Of a DNA stretch of 64,000 nt, positions 12,524-24,626 are shown one piece after another. The position numbers and the translations under genes are program-made. The stretch covers positions 149,110,001 to 149,174,000 of the forward strand of contig OZ024741.1 of NCBI GenBank assembly GCA_964016885.1, in the 5' to 3' direction. The stretch's first letter is position 1; each line of letters opens with the position of its first letter. The notes under the pieces were generated by a model. That model was not told where the DNA came from and ran no database searches. It was given only the letters and a program-made list of their open reading frames with translations. Source of the stretch: Eledone cirrhosa (Eukaryota).

Positions 12524-15426
12524 GATGCAAATAACCTAACTATCTGTAACACTAACTTCAAAAAACGTGACAATCACCTGATCACCTATAGATCCGGGGA
12601 ACACACAAGCCAGGTAGATTATATCCTTACCAGAAGACGTGACAGAGTGTCTGTTGTAAACACTAAATCCCTCCCCCATGAAGAATGCACCTCCCAACAT
12701 AGACTGATAATTAGCGACCTCATAGTCAGGACGAGACGTACTCGACAGCAGACGAGGACTATCCTCAGGAGAAAAATATGGAAGCTAAAGGACCCCACAG
12801 CCAGGAATAAATTTCAAAGCATATTACTTGATGCTTTCGACAGTAAGGAAGAACATTTAGAGTCGGACAATATAGAGGGAGAGTGGGAATTTCTGAAAGC
12901 AAACCTGCTGTTGGCGACAGACGAAGTCTGTGGCTGGAGCAGGCCTGTAGGCAGGAGGAGAGTAACATGGTGGTGGAACAGTAAGGTGGAGGGGTCAATT
13001 AAGGCCAAAAAGCAGGCTTGGAAAGTATGGCGGGATGGGGGAAGTAGAGAGGACTATCAAGTGGCCAGGAGGGAAGCTAGGAGACAAGTGTACTTAGCAA
13101 GAAGGGAAGCTGAGGAAAGAAAGTTCAAGCATGTTCTACAACGCGATGACCAAAAACGTGAGGTGTTCAGGATTGCTAGGCAATGCGTCAAGGAAAACCG
13201 TGATATTGTCGGGGAGAAGTGTGTACTAAACGACGATGGCACACTTGCCATCACCGACGCTGATAAGAAGGTAGCTTGGAAGTGTCACTATGAAAGGCTA
13301 CTAAATGAGGAGAATAAATGGGAGAAAGACAGTCTCCCCCATATCGACCCAATAGAGGGACCAGCAGTGTTAGTCGAGGGGAGTATAATAAGTAAGGCAA
13401 TCAAGGATATGAAGACGGGTAAGGCGGCTGGGCCTTCGGAAATAGTTGCTGAGATGCTGAAGGCATCTGGCACGGTGGGACACACCATGGTCACCCGCAT
13501 AGTTAACCAAGTCGTACAGAATGGGGTTGTTCCGAAGGACTGGCATAGCAGCATCATCGTTAACTGTTATAAGGGTAAAGGAGACGCCCTAGATAGGAGT
13601 AACTATAGAGGCATTAAATTAATCGACCAGGTCATGAAGGTCACGGAAAAAGTAATAGCGCAACTAATCAGAGAGAGAATTGACCTAGATGAAATGCAGT
13701 TCGGGTTTGTGTCAGGCAAAAGTACCACAGACGCTCTTTTCATAGTACGACAACTACAGGAGAAGTACCTAGCTAAAGGTAAACCCCTCTACTTAGCTTT
13801 TGTCGACTTGGAGAAAGCCTTCGACAGAGTCCCCCGCTCCATTATCTGGTGGGCTCTTAGAAAACTAGGCGTTGACGAATGGCTTGTGAGGGCTATACAA
13901 GCCATGTATAAAGAAACAGTCAGCAAGGTTAGAATTAACAACGAATATAGTGAAGAGTTTAGCGTAAAAGTTGGCGTCCATCAGGGCTCTGTTCTCAGCC
14001 CACTACTATTTATTATTGCCCTTCAGGCTATAACAGAGGAGTTCAAGACAGGCTGCCCATGGGAACTCCTATACGCAGACGACCTGACACTCATAGCGGA
14101 ATCAATGGCCGAGCTAGAGAAGAAATTCCAAACATGGAAGCACGGCCTAGAGTCAAAAGGACTTAAAATTAACCTGGCTAAGACCAAAGTACTAGTTTGT
14201 AGGAAAGAAAACAAGGCGGCGGTCCCTTCTGGGAAATGGTCGTGCTCGGTGTGTAGGAAAGGCGTAGGTAGAAACTCCATTTTATGTCCTAAATGCAAAG
14301 TATGGGTGCATAAAAGATGTAGTGGGATCACAGGTAAGCTAACTAAGAACATAGATTTTACATGTGGCCGGTGCTCTGGTGCAATAAGTAGCAGCAAGTG
14401 CCCACAAAATACTAGCTCTTTCAATTGCGCAGAGGGTTCTATAGAAATAGTGGACAGCTTCCGTTACCTGGGCGATAAAATCAGCAGTGGGGGAGGGTGC
14501 TCTGAAAGTACTGTAGCTAGAGTCAGAACTGGTTGGAAAAAGTTCAGAGAGCTTATACCACTATTAGCTGCTAAAGGGTTCTCACTAAAAATGAAAGGCA
14601 GGTTGTACGATGCCTGCATACGAACAGCAATGCTGCATGGCAGTGAGACCTGGGCATTGTGTGCAGAGGATATACGCAGACTAGAGAGGAACGAAGCTTG
14701 CATGCTCCGCTGGATGTGTAACAGTAATATACGTGAACGGCAAAGCATAAACGAACTAAGGAAAAAATTAGAGATAAGAGGGATCAGATGTTGTTTACTC
14801 GAGAGAAGGCTACGTTGGTATGGACACGTGATGCGCATGAAAGTCGATAGCTGTATAACAAAGTGCAGGGCAATAAAGATAGACGGTAGTCACGGAATAG
14901 GCAGACCTAGAAAAACCTGGGACGAGCTGATAAACTCCGACATCACACACTTACACCTCTCCAAGACAATGTCACTGGACCGAGACCTTTGGCGGTACTC
15001 AGTAACAGAGAAGACCTGCCTTACCTAAATATATAGTAAAACCTACTCCAGCCAGTAAGCATCTCTAACAAAATACACCCCGTCCCACCACCACCACCCC
15101 CACCCTATCCACACCACCCCGTTCTATGTAAAGTTATGTTGGTGCCGCGCCATCGAGGCCGAAACAAATGAGATCGTGTAGGTGTCACGACAAAAAAACA
15201 CACAGTCCACGCTGTAATGTGGCCGTGTAGGCAACACGGTAAAAACCTCCCAGACCCACACTGTAAATGTGGTTGGTGTTAGGAAGGGCATCCAACTGTA
15301 GAAAACCTGCCAGACAGTCCTATGCGAGCAAGACAATCACTCTTGCCTCAAGTGGGACTACCCCCGTCCAAACCCATGCAAGCGTGGAACACGGACGTTA
15401 AACGTTGATGATGATGATGATGATGA
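12524..15426 (+). mobile_element. RTE-clade LINE, 5'-truncated, with 3' UTR and (GAT)n tail
   Basis: Uninterrupted ORF, ~400-bp 3' UTR ending ggacgttaaacgtt(gat)n, inserted in a TA tract. Confidence 0.95.
12647..15028 (+). CDS. RTE ORF: APE C-terminus + reverse transcriptase with an internal PHD finger
   Basis: NYRGIKL, FVDLEKAFDRV, GVHQGSVLSPLLF, LYADD, FRYLG, MLHGSETW, RLRWYGHV, GRPRKTW; C4HC3 motif at 14243-14374. Confidence 0.93.
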   Translation: MSVVNTKSLPHEECTSQHRLIISDLIVRTRRTRQQTRTILRRKIWKLKDPTARNKFQSILLDAFDSKEEHLESDNIEGEWEFLKANLLLATDEVCGWSRPVGRRRVTWWWNSKVEGSIKAKKQAWKVWRDGGSREDYQVARREARRQVYLARREAEERKFKHVLQRDDQKREVFRIARQCVKENRDIVGEKCVLNDDGTLAITDADKKVAWKCHYERLLNEENKWEKDSLPHIDPIEGPAVLVEGSIISKAIKDMKTGKAAGPSEIVAEMLKASGTVGHTMVTRIVNQVVQNGVVPKDWHSSIIVNCYKGKGDALDRSNYRGIKLIDQVMKVTEKVIAQLIRERIDLDEMQFGFVSGKSTTDALFIVRQLQEKYLAKGKPLYLAFVDLEKAFDRVPRSIIWWALRKLGVDEWLVRAIQAMYKETVSKVRINNEYSEEFSVKVGVHQGSVLSPLLFIIALQAITEEFKTGCPWELLYADDLTLIAESMAELEKKFQTWKHGLESKGLKINLAKTKVLVCRKENKAAVPSGKWSCSVCRKGVGRNSILCPKCKVWVHKRCSGITGKLTKNIDFTCGRCSGAISSSKCPQNTSSFNCAEGSIEIVDSFRYLGDKISSGGGCSESTVARVRTGWKKFRELIPLLAAKGFSLKMKGRLYDACIRTAMLHGSETWALCAEDIRRLERNEACMLRWMCNSNIRERQSINELRKKLEIRGIRCCLLERRLRWYGHVMRMKVDSCITKCRAIKIDGSHGIGRPRKTWDELINSDITHLHLSKTMSLDRDLWRYSVTEKTCLT

Positions 15427-16169
15427 TATAATATATTATATATATATATATATAATATATTATATATATATATATATATAATATATTATATATATATATA
15501 TATAATATATTATATATATATACATAATATATTATATATATATAATATATTATATATATATATATAATATATTATATATATATAATATATTATATATATA
15601 TATATAAAATATATTATATATATATATATATAATATATTATATATATATATAATATATATATAATATATTATATATATATATATAATATATTATATATAT
15701 ATATATATAATATATATATATAATATATTATATATATATATATATAATATATATATAATATATTATATATATATATATAATATATTATATATATATATAT
15801 ATAATATATTATATATATATATATAATATATTATATATATATATAATATATTATATATATATATATATAATATATTATATATATATATATAATATATTAT
15901 ATATATATATATAATATATTATATATATATATAATATATTATATATATATATATATAATATATTATATATATATATATAATATATATAACGCCTTGTGAT
16001 GTCTGTTCTGGCACTTTGTGTTCTGAGTTCAAATTTTGTTCACTGTAGTGATGTAACAAGTGTCAGTGAGAGAAAAAGAGAGTCAGCATTTTTACATTCA
16101 TTCTTCCATGTTTGTACTGGCTGAATAATAGCCAAAGTTTATCTCAGTTTCATGTGGCATTAAAAGACA

Positions 16170-16370
16170 AGTACCCCTAGAAAAGATGCCAGTCCCTCAA
16201 AAGGTTATTCCCTAGCTGTCACTGTTACTCATTTTCAGCCAAGTAAACTGGAGCAATGTAAAATGAAGTGCCTTGTTGAAGGACAAACATGCCACCTGGT
16301 CAAGGAATTCAAACCACAACCATGATTATGAGCACAATGTCCAAACCACTAGACTATGAGCCTTCACTGA
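16170..16370 (-). mobile_element. SINE (tRNA-derived head); related copies near 18160-18370, 18580-18750 and 57250-57370
   Basis: Recurring motif tggagcaatgtaaaatgaagtg(t/c)cttgctcaaggacac with A/B-box-like sequence on the opposite strand. Confidence 0.6.
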
Positions 16371-17420
16371 TGTATTTAACATGGCAGGATTAAGCTCTGT
16401 TAAACTACAATGCACTACACATTATATCAATGGATATCCCATTGGTTTCAACAAGCAACATTCAGTAGTTCTGTCAACTGGATGTCTTAATTGTTAAACT
16501 AAAACACTTGCCCAAGATACAACATAGTGGGATTGAACACAAGCCCTCATAATTGTAAAGCAAACTTCTTAACCACTGAGATGTGTCTGTGTCTATATAC
16601 TATACTGTGCTGTGGTACATGGTAAAAACATGATAGGAAATCAGGTTACTGGATCAATCAATAGATGCAAGTATAGCTATGACTCATTTCTGAAATATGA
16701 ACATTTAGCTAGGCATAAGCTCTGTTATTTAGGTAATCAACTGGCCTAGGATTCAACATCTTAAATCACAGACTATTTTAGTTTTATTTATCTATTTTTT
16801 TTTTTTTTAGATATTCAAATTTCCATATTCGAATAAAAGAAAGATTAGATCAATTATCCATGTATTCATGTCTAAATAGTTTCAAATATTATAGTTCCAA
16901 GTAGCTTTGGTAAACTCATCAACAAAGCTGTCTCTTAATTAATGTGTGTGTGCATACATGCAAGAACAGCCAGGAGTTTAATTCCTGGTGTTATGTTGTG
17001 TGCTTCAGCAAGACACTTTATTTTATATTGCTCCAGTCCATTCAGCTGGCCACAATCTTATTCACATCAGCATATATGACATGTCCATATTTAAACTTTT
17101 TGTGGCCATATTTCTACTGAAATACACTGTCTATGCAATTCTTATAATATCAAAAACAGTCAATACATTTGATAATTAATTTTTTTTTCATTTTAAGATG
17201 TTTGTGGCCTATGCCTGGGTCTCCTGCAGGTTGACTTTGTCCATAAAATTTGTCCTGCGATTCTTTGCTTAGACATTCTAATCCTGATAACATCCATAAC
17301 TTCAGTTTGTCTCACTTGGGAATCCAGCTGGATCATTTGGAGATGGTTGATACTTGTATGACCTCCTGGAAGGTGTGTCTGGGGACTCTGCTCCCATGGC
17401 CCCTCCAGGAATAAGTGGGA

Positions 17421-17597
17421 GAAGAAGAAGAAGAAGAAGAAGAAGAAGAAGAAGAAGAAGAAGAAGAAGAAGAAGAAGCAGCAGCAGCAGAAGCAGAAGA
17501 AGCAGCAGCAGAAGCAGAAGAAGCAGCAGCAGCAGCAGCAGAAGCAGAAGAAGTGGTGATGATGATGAGGATGATGATGGTGGTGGTGGTGGTGATG
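17421..17597. repeat. Compound trinucleotide microsatellite (GAA)n(GCA)n(GAT)n(GGT)n
   Basis: Read directly. Confidence 0.9.
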
Positions 17598-18956
17598 TTA
17601 TGGTTGTTTCTGAGTTAAATCATAATGGAAGTTTTTAATTTAGATATGAACGATTTACAATGAAAATGTTTGTGTCATAAAACCAAGGCAGGTTATTGTA
17701 TTTGGAAAATTTTTTTAGTAGTGCTTCAGATTTTTATTTGGTGTATAAGACACGGGAAGTTGATAGCAAATTTTGGGGTTAAAAATTGCAACTTCTACAC
17801 TGAAACTACAGTAAATCTATAATGCCTATTGTTAATAACTCTTGATACTTCAAATGCTACAATTGTATGGGAAGATGAAGGATACTCTAGATTCGAACAA
17901 CATTATAGTATGTAAATAATTGTAGTATTTGGCAGTTGCAACTTTTTCAGTTGTTTTGTCAAAATTTGACAATTGTTTTTCTTTTTGCTGTATGTTGATA
18001 ATGTAGGCATTATAGGGTCAATTTCTTATCATGGGGCCCTTTGAACAGCAATGTTTTATAGCCAGATGCCCACCCTGGCACCAACTCTTTTAGTCACAAT
18101 TTACAGATATATAGAAGTTCATGAAGCCAGAGTATATCCTGGTTTCATTGGTGTTAAGTGACTGAGAGTTAAAAGACACTGCCAGTTCATCACAAGGTTA
18201 ACTCCAAGCTGCTGCTGGTGGTACTCATTTTTTATTTGAATGAACTGGAGCAATGTAAAATGAAGTGTCTTGCTCAAGGACACAATGCACCATCTGGTCT
18301 AGAACTCAAATCTATAACCTTACAATTGTGAGCATAATGCCATAACCACTAAGCCATGTACCTTCACAGGGTTTGAATCACAACTGCCAAATCTCCTCAA
18401 CAGCCTACTTATGTGATTATTTAAAATTTAGGACCATGTGTGTTGAGTCCTGAATCTTTGAAGATTTTCTACTACAATAAAAAATAGGATTTTAAAAAAA
18501 ATTGTCCAATACCAGAGGCTTATCAGGCTAGGGTTTATAATGTTTTCATTTGTGTTAAGCAACTAAATCCATTGGAAACTCAATCCCTCAACTGCTGTTG
18601 GTACTCACTTTTAGATATGTGGGTTGAAGCAACTTGAAACAAAATGTCTTGCTCAAGAACACAACATGCCAGCTTGTTTGTGAATTGAACCCATGGTGTT
18701 ACAATTGTGAGCCTGATACCCTAACCACTAAGCTGCATGCCTTCACTAAAATAATAGGATAGTGACATTCATCTTCAATAACTGATCAGTTGTACATATG
18801 TTTACAAAGCTAATATCTTCAGATAGTTTTTCTTCAAAGTGATCCAAGTGATCTGGACAAGGACCAATAACACAAGATGATACTGCTGCCATGATATAAA
18901 CCTATGACCCTTCACATAGAAACCCAGCTGTAACATGCACTATATAAAAATGTTCT

Positions 18957-19418
18957 TTAACTCTTTTATGACCATATTTCTAAGAAAAACCACTGCCTAA
19001 GATTTGCAAATAACTTTGAAAATAATAAAGAATTTTTTAGGGGATTCAGTAATATAACTAATTTTCCCATTATTAAATTTGTGTTTGGAATACAATTTAA
19101 AATAGTCCCCTACCTATGATGGAAGGTTTTTAGATAAATATAAACACTTTAATCCTTTCATCGGCGCATTTCTAATAACAGTCATTGTCTAAGATTTTTA
19201 AATAATTTTGAAAATAATAAAAAATTTGGGGGGATTTGCTGGTTCCACAATGAAATGCACCCAGTACATTCTGTAATGAGGTACTCGTAGTATCACATGT
19301 GTAGGGGCAAGATAACTAACTTTCTTATTATTTAGCTGGTGTTTGGACCATAACTTAAAGATTCTTACATAGAATTATGATGGAAGGTTTTTAGGTAAAT
19401 ATAAACACTTTAAAATAA
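18957..19418. mobile_element. Two adjacent decayed copies of a MITE-like element with TTAA-type ends
   Basis: ttaactcttttatgacc ... ggtatcaaaagagctaa; 18960-19150 is partly repeated at 19150-19410. Confidence 0.45.
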
Positions 19419-19799
19419 ACAGCTGTGTATCAAAGAAACAGGGACAGTTTCAGTTGGTTTGGTATCAAAAGAGCTAAAGACTTATAGAATTGTACAAGAT
19501 GTGAAATAAGGATGCCCTACATATAGTTGTGTGTGTGTGGGGGGGGGGTGCAAATGTGTGCATGCATGTGTGTGTATCTATGCATGTATGTGTACGGAAA
19601 GCTTTTGGCACATAAGTACACCATTGAAAATTTCATCTTCATGCAGTATATCTAGGGTAGGATACCATGGCAGACACCAGTCCTCTCTAAGTGACAGTCA
19701 TGGTAGGATTTAAAATCAATAATGAAATCTAATAAACCATTTGTTAAGTCCACAATGCTCCTGTTGTTTACCATGGTAAAGAATTACTGCTGGTGAAGT

Positions 19800-20072
19800 G
19801 CACTTCACCAGCAGTAATTCTTTACATGGTGTATTGGGTGCATTTTATCATGGCATAGCCACTTTGCAAAATGTACAAGCAGCATTTCATTGTGGCACCA
19901 AAAATACCACTTTACAGAGCCAACTGAATGTATTTTATTGTGGCACCAGCACTATATCGTTACAGAATGCAGTGGGTACATTTTATCATGGCACCAGTGC
20001 ATCCACTTTGCAGAGGATACTTGAGGCATTTTATCATGGCACCAGCACTACAACTTTACAGAATGTACTGTA
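19800..20072. repeat. Degenerate tandem repeat (~40-48 bp; cattttatcatggcaccagcac..actttacagaatg)
   Basis: About 6 diverged units. Confidence 0.7.
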
Positions 20073-20329
20073 ACTAGTACCACAAAGTATCCCATTCAAT
20101 ACTATAACAATTTCACAACTCCACTACTCTGAACTGCTACTATATTCTATTGACCTCTGTGAAATTTGAACTGAGAGTGACTAACTCTAGCTAGATGTAG
20201 AGATACTTTTGACTGCTGTGGGCAATATTACATTATCATTGACAGCTTAGTCAAACTATCAAACTCAGCAGTCCAACATGAAACAGTCTTGATCAGGAGT
20301 GGATTCTATCCAATCATAACTGAGCAGCA

Positions 20330-20672
20330 ACAGACATTACCTGACCTAAATGGTCATCATCAGACATTACCTGGCCTAATTAACCACCAGTGGACTCAAT
20401 CTACCTGACCAGCAGTGGATTCTACCTAACTGACCAGCAGTGGACTCTACCCGACTGACCAGCAGTGGACTCAACCTACCTGACAAACAGTAGACACAAC
20501 CTATCTGACCTTGCTGACCAATAGTGGATTCTACCTGACCAGTAGTGGACTCTACCTGTTCTAACTGGCAGTAGTGGCCTCTACCTACCAGACCAGTAGT
20601 GGACTCTATTTGATCTAACTGACCAGTAGTGGCCTCTACCCAACATAAATAAATACCAGTGGATACTATCTA
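20330..20672. repeat. Degenerate ~25-30-bp minisatellite (ctgaccagcagtggactctacc)
   Basis: About 11 units immediately downstream of the Rab11 exon 2 donor. Confidence 0.8.
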
Positions 20673-20708
20673 ACTGTACACATGAGATGAAATAAAGACA
20701 TCACTCAC

Positions 20709-20820
20709 CTGGTTGCAAATTCAACCCCTATTGTGCTTTTACTCTCTGCATTGAAGTCATTCCGTGTAAATCTATAAAGGAGATTAGTTTTTCCAACTCC
20801 AGAATCTCCAACAAGAACAA
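20709..20820 (-). CDS. RAB11: Rab11-family small GTPase, coding exon 2 ([39 protein letters not shown])
   Basis: 112-nt exon between a ttgcag acceptor and an AG|gtgagt donor. Contains the P-loop GDSGVGKT and the Rab11 switch I motif [12 protein letters not shown]. No later exon found in the window. Confidence 0.92.
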
Positions 20821-20869
20821 CTGCAACAATAACAAAACAAACAAACAATTTATTAGATTTTTACAACAG

Positions 20870-21160
20870 AGTGAAGGCATCTTAGTGGTTAGGATATTTG
20901 GCCCATGATCATAAGGTCATGAGTTTGATTCCAAGCAGTATCTGTGGCCATTAGCAAGACACTTTCTATATTCCCTATTACTCCAGTTCACTCAGCTGGA
21001 AAAAAAATGAGTTGTACCTGTATCACGTCAAATCTCCTTGAGAACAATGTTAAGGGTACACAAGTCTGTGGAATGCCCAGCCACTTGTCCATTAATTTCA
21101 TGAGCAGGCAGTACCTTTGATCAAACAAATGGAACACTTGCCATCTGAACTGATGGAAGT
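20870..21160 (+). mobile_element. SINE; related copies at 63235-63575 (+) and 28490-28820 (-)
   Basis: tRNA-like head (tagtggttagg...gagtttgattcc) and shared body ctccttgagaac..gttaagggtaca...gtggaatgc.cagccact. Confidence 0.6.
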
Positions 21161-22174
21161 CCAACATACACAGTAGAGAATCAAATTTCTAATATGGTTT
21201 ATTGATTATATCAAGAATTTGGAGTGATTTAACTAACTTTCTCATTATTAAGCTGATGTCAGGAACATAACTAAACAAAGGATCTTACAATAAATTATGA
21301 TAGAAGACATAAACATTTTAAAACAAACAGTTTTGTATTATAGAACCAATGGTGGTTTCAGGCAGTTTGGAATGAACCTGCAAAGCCTTTCTAAAATTAT
21401 GGGCTTGATCCTTTTAAGTAACTGTTAACACTGACTAATTGATCTGATAACCACCCTACTTCAACCTCCTCCTCCCACTACCATTCATTACCACCACAAC
21501 CTCCACCATCATCTTAACAATCTCCACTATCACTACCACAAACTCCATCAATGCTTCTGCCATTTGGCAATGGCAGCCACCATAACTACCAAAGCCTCCA
21601 TCATCACATCCCACCACCACCAATATCACTACTGCAACTTCCATCACCACCACCATAGATTTTTATCTTGGCTCTTTCTATCATCTGTTGATCCAGTCAA
21701 CACCATGTTCATCCAACATATACACAATCTACCCCAAGCTACACCAAATACAAAACATCTTAAATTAAATCAAGTCTAAACCACAACAGCTGTTTTCCTC
21801 CCCCCTCTCTCTTCTGTCTTTTCTTGCCTTCCACTGTTTGTATTTTTGTTTAAAAGAACGTCCATTAAAAATAATCATTATTTCTGTTAAAATCCATGGA
21901 AAGTGGGTCAGAGATTTAATATAAAATGTGAAGAAAAGGAGAACTGCATGTGTATGAAGGTACATATATGTGTAAGTATTACTGTGCGGTTAAAGAGTCC
22001 CACTAAAAGACACTTTGGGTAGATGTCTTCTACTGTAGCCTCATGTCGACCAATGCCTTGAGAACAATACCTTAACATCAGTTTCAGTGACCAGTTACAG
22101 CCAGTTTCAACAGAAAAAGGTAGAGAATTCTGGCCGGTTTTGGCCGGTTTGAACAGAACCCAAACAATCCCTGC

Positions 22175-23090
22175 ACAGGAGAAGACAATCCTTGGGTCTC
22201 TCCACAGAAACTTGTAGAAGGGTTGGTTGTCAAAGAGGATCTTAAGAAGTACCCCTACATAATACAGATTTAAAAAAAAGCTTACTGCAGCTGATAAATA
22301 CTATGGCTGAGGAAATGCAGAAGATGGAAAACAATCCAAATTTTCTAAATCTGCTGAGGACCTCTGATGAAGCCTTCTTTCACTTAGAGGGAAAGATCAA
22401 CTCTAAGAACAATGTGTTCTGGGGATCAGAGAAATCCACTGAAGTGGCAGTGAAATCTCTCCATTTGGCTAAATGTACTGTCTAGGCTGCCATTTCTGAG
22501 AGTGGGTTGATTGGCTCATTCTTCTCCAAAGAAAATGGTGCCACTGTTACAGTCACAAAGCAATGTTATGTGGAGGTTCTGGAAGACATCAAAGAGGAAC
22601 TAGGGACCATGTACCCATCTCTAATGGATACCTTCTGGTTCAAGCAAGACAGAGAAAATCTTTACACTTCGAGTGAGTTGTGAGAATGGCTGAAAAATAA
22701 CTTTGAAAATTGTGTGATCAGTTTGAAGACAGATTTTGAATGGGCCCCACACAGCCCTACAGATTTCTTTCTTTGTGACTATGTGAAGGATAGAGTATAT
22801 GTCAACAAACTCTGGACCATCACTGAACTAAAGGAAAACAGGAACGAGATCAGAACCATCCCTAGGTCTGTTTGTAAAGCTGTTATGCTTCACTATGTGC
22901 CTAAAAATGCATGGATTCAAATGGGGATCACTTGAAACATGTGCCATAACTCTGGAGAGAATCATCAGAAGATAGTGAATTTTTGTATGTTGTTTTTAAT
23001 GGTTTAAACTAAATATATTCAGAGTTTAATCAATTGTCAAAAGATGAATTATGTAGTCAAAAATAAAACTGAGGCCATTTTTTTAGTCAC
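22175..23090 (+). pseudogene. Tc1/mariner-superfamily transposase remnant; partial duplicate at 23375-23570
   Basis: TSDEAFFHLEG.INSKN..FWG, FWFKQD, WAPH(S/I)PDLNPTDFFL, VYVNK..TITELK; stops and frameshifts. Confidence 0.85.
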
Positions 23091-23162
23091 AAAAACACGC
23101 ATATATGTTCAAGTAAATGGTCTAAGACATAAAATAGGATTTTGGTATATCATTTGCAAATG

Positions 23163-23194
<32 letters not shown>

Positions 23195-23596
23195 TATGTG
23201 TGTGTGAGTATGTGTGTATGTTCTACAAAACTGAGAAGTGAAACTATGTGCTTAGTGTAGTGGTTTCCAAGCTTTTTTTTTAAATATTATTTTTCCAGGT
23301 GCATTTTAGGACAAGTGAAAATATTTTTGTGTACTTGGTACCTAGATTTGAAAATTTATTCGAAAAAGTCACGAAAATGGCTGAAAAATAACTTTGGAAA
23401 TTATGTGATCAGTTTGAAGACTGATTTTGAATGGGCCCCACACATCCCTGATTTAAACCCTACAGATTTCTTTCTTTGCATCTATCTGAGGGATATAGTA
23501 TATGTCAACAAACTCTGGACCATCACTGAACTAAAGGAAAACATAAGGGAGGAGATCCGAGCCATCCCTATCATAGTGCAATGTAGAGATATTAGA

Positions 23597-24199
23597 TAAT
23601 TAGCCCTTTAGCATTTCCATTACTCTATATATACTATTATATTTTGATAGTAAAAGCTTTACCTTACATAATTATTTCACATAATATCGAATCTATGAGA
23701 TTTTGATGTTATTTATTTTGAGAAAAATATCTTAACATCAGTATGAGTGGCCAGTTACAGCCGGTTTGAACAGAAAGAGGTGAGAAAATTATAACCGGAT
23801 ACTGAAAAATTATTTGAACAATAAATGCAACAAAGTTATCAATGAAAAACATGTACTTGGTGTTTTTGCAATGTTTTCATTCTTAGTTAACCCTTTAGCA
23901 GTCACATTACTCTATATATACTATTATATTTTCATGGTAATGAAAATATAATAGTATATATAGAGTAATGTGACTGCTAAAGGGTTAACTAAGAATGAAA
24001 ACATTGCAAAAACACCAAGTACATGTTTTTCATTGATAACATAATTATCTCACATAATATCGAATCTATGAGATTTTGAAAGTATTTATTTTGGGAACAA
24101 TACCTTAACATCAGTTTCAGTGACCAGTTACAGCCAGTTTCAACAGAAAAAGGTAGAGAATTCTGGCCAGTTTTGGCCGGTTTGAACATTAAAGGGTTA
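23597..24199. mobile_element. piggyBac-like MITE(s) (TTAA/CCCTTTAGCA ends) containing a perfect 101-bp palindrome (23835-24040)
   Basis: ttaaccctttagca ... tgctaaagggttaa; arms 23835-23935 / 23940-24040. Confidence 0.65.
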
Positions 24200-24626
24200 A
24201 GTTGTTTCCCACTTTCACAGTTACATATGAAATTCAATTTGTATTTTTCACATTTTGAAATAGAATCTTGCTCTTTTGCAGTGCCCCTAGTTATATCGCA
24301 GTACACAAGTTGTTTGTGAATAACTGTATTACTGCAACAAACAGGGAGAAGGTTTGTGTGACAATATACATATAGCTAGAGGTGACAAGGAATGCGAGAC
24401 AGAATGCAATAAGACATTGGTTAATAACTGGTTAATAACAGGACCTCCTCCTCCTCCTTCTCCTCATTCCTCTCCTTATGTCATGTGGATATATCAAAGC
24501 AGCTGACTCTCTTATTAGGCAGGTAAGTACGAACATCTAAGTAGGATATACAACTATGCTGACAAAAGAATAGACAGGTAGGAGGATAGACAGCAATTAG
24601 ATGTGGAGGGTGTTTTTTATGTATGT

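Noticed and set aside
17354-17638. Arg/Ser-rich or Glu/Ala-rich ORF
   Set aside because: Compound trinucleotide microsatellite.
21456-21779. His-rich or Val-rich ORFs
   Set aside because: Degenerate (CAC/CAT)n low-complexity tract.
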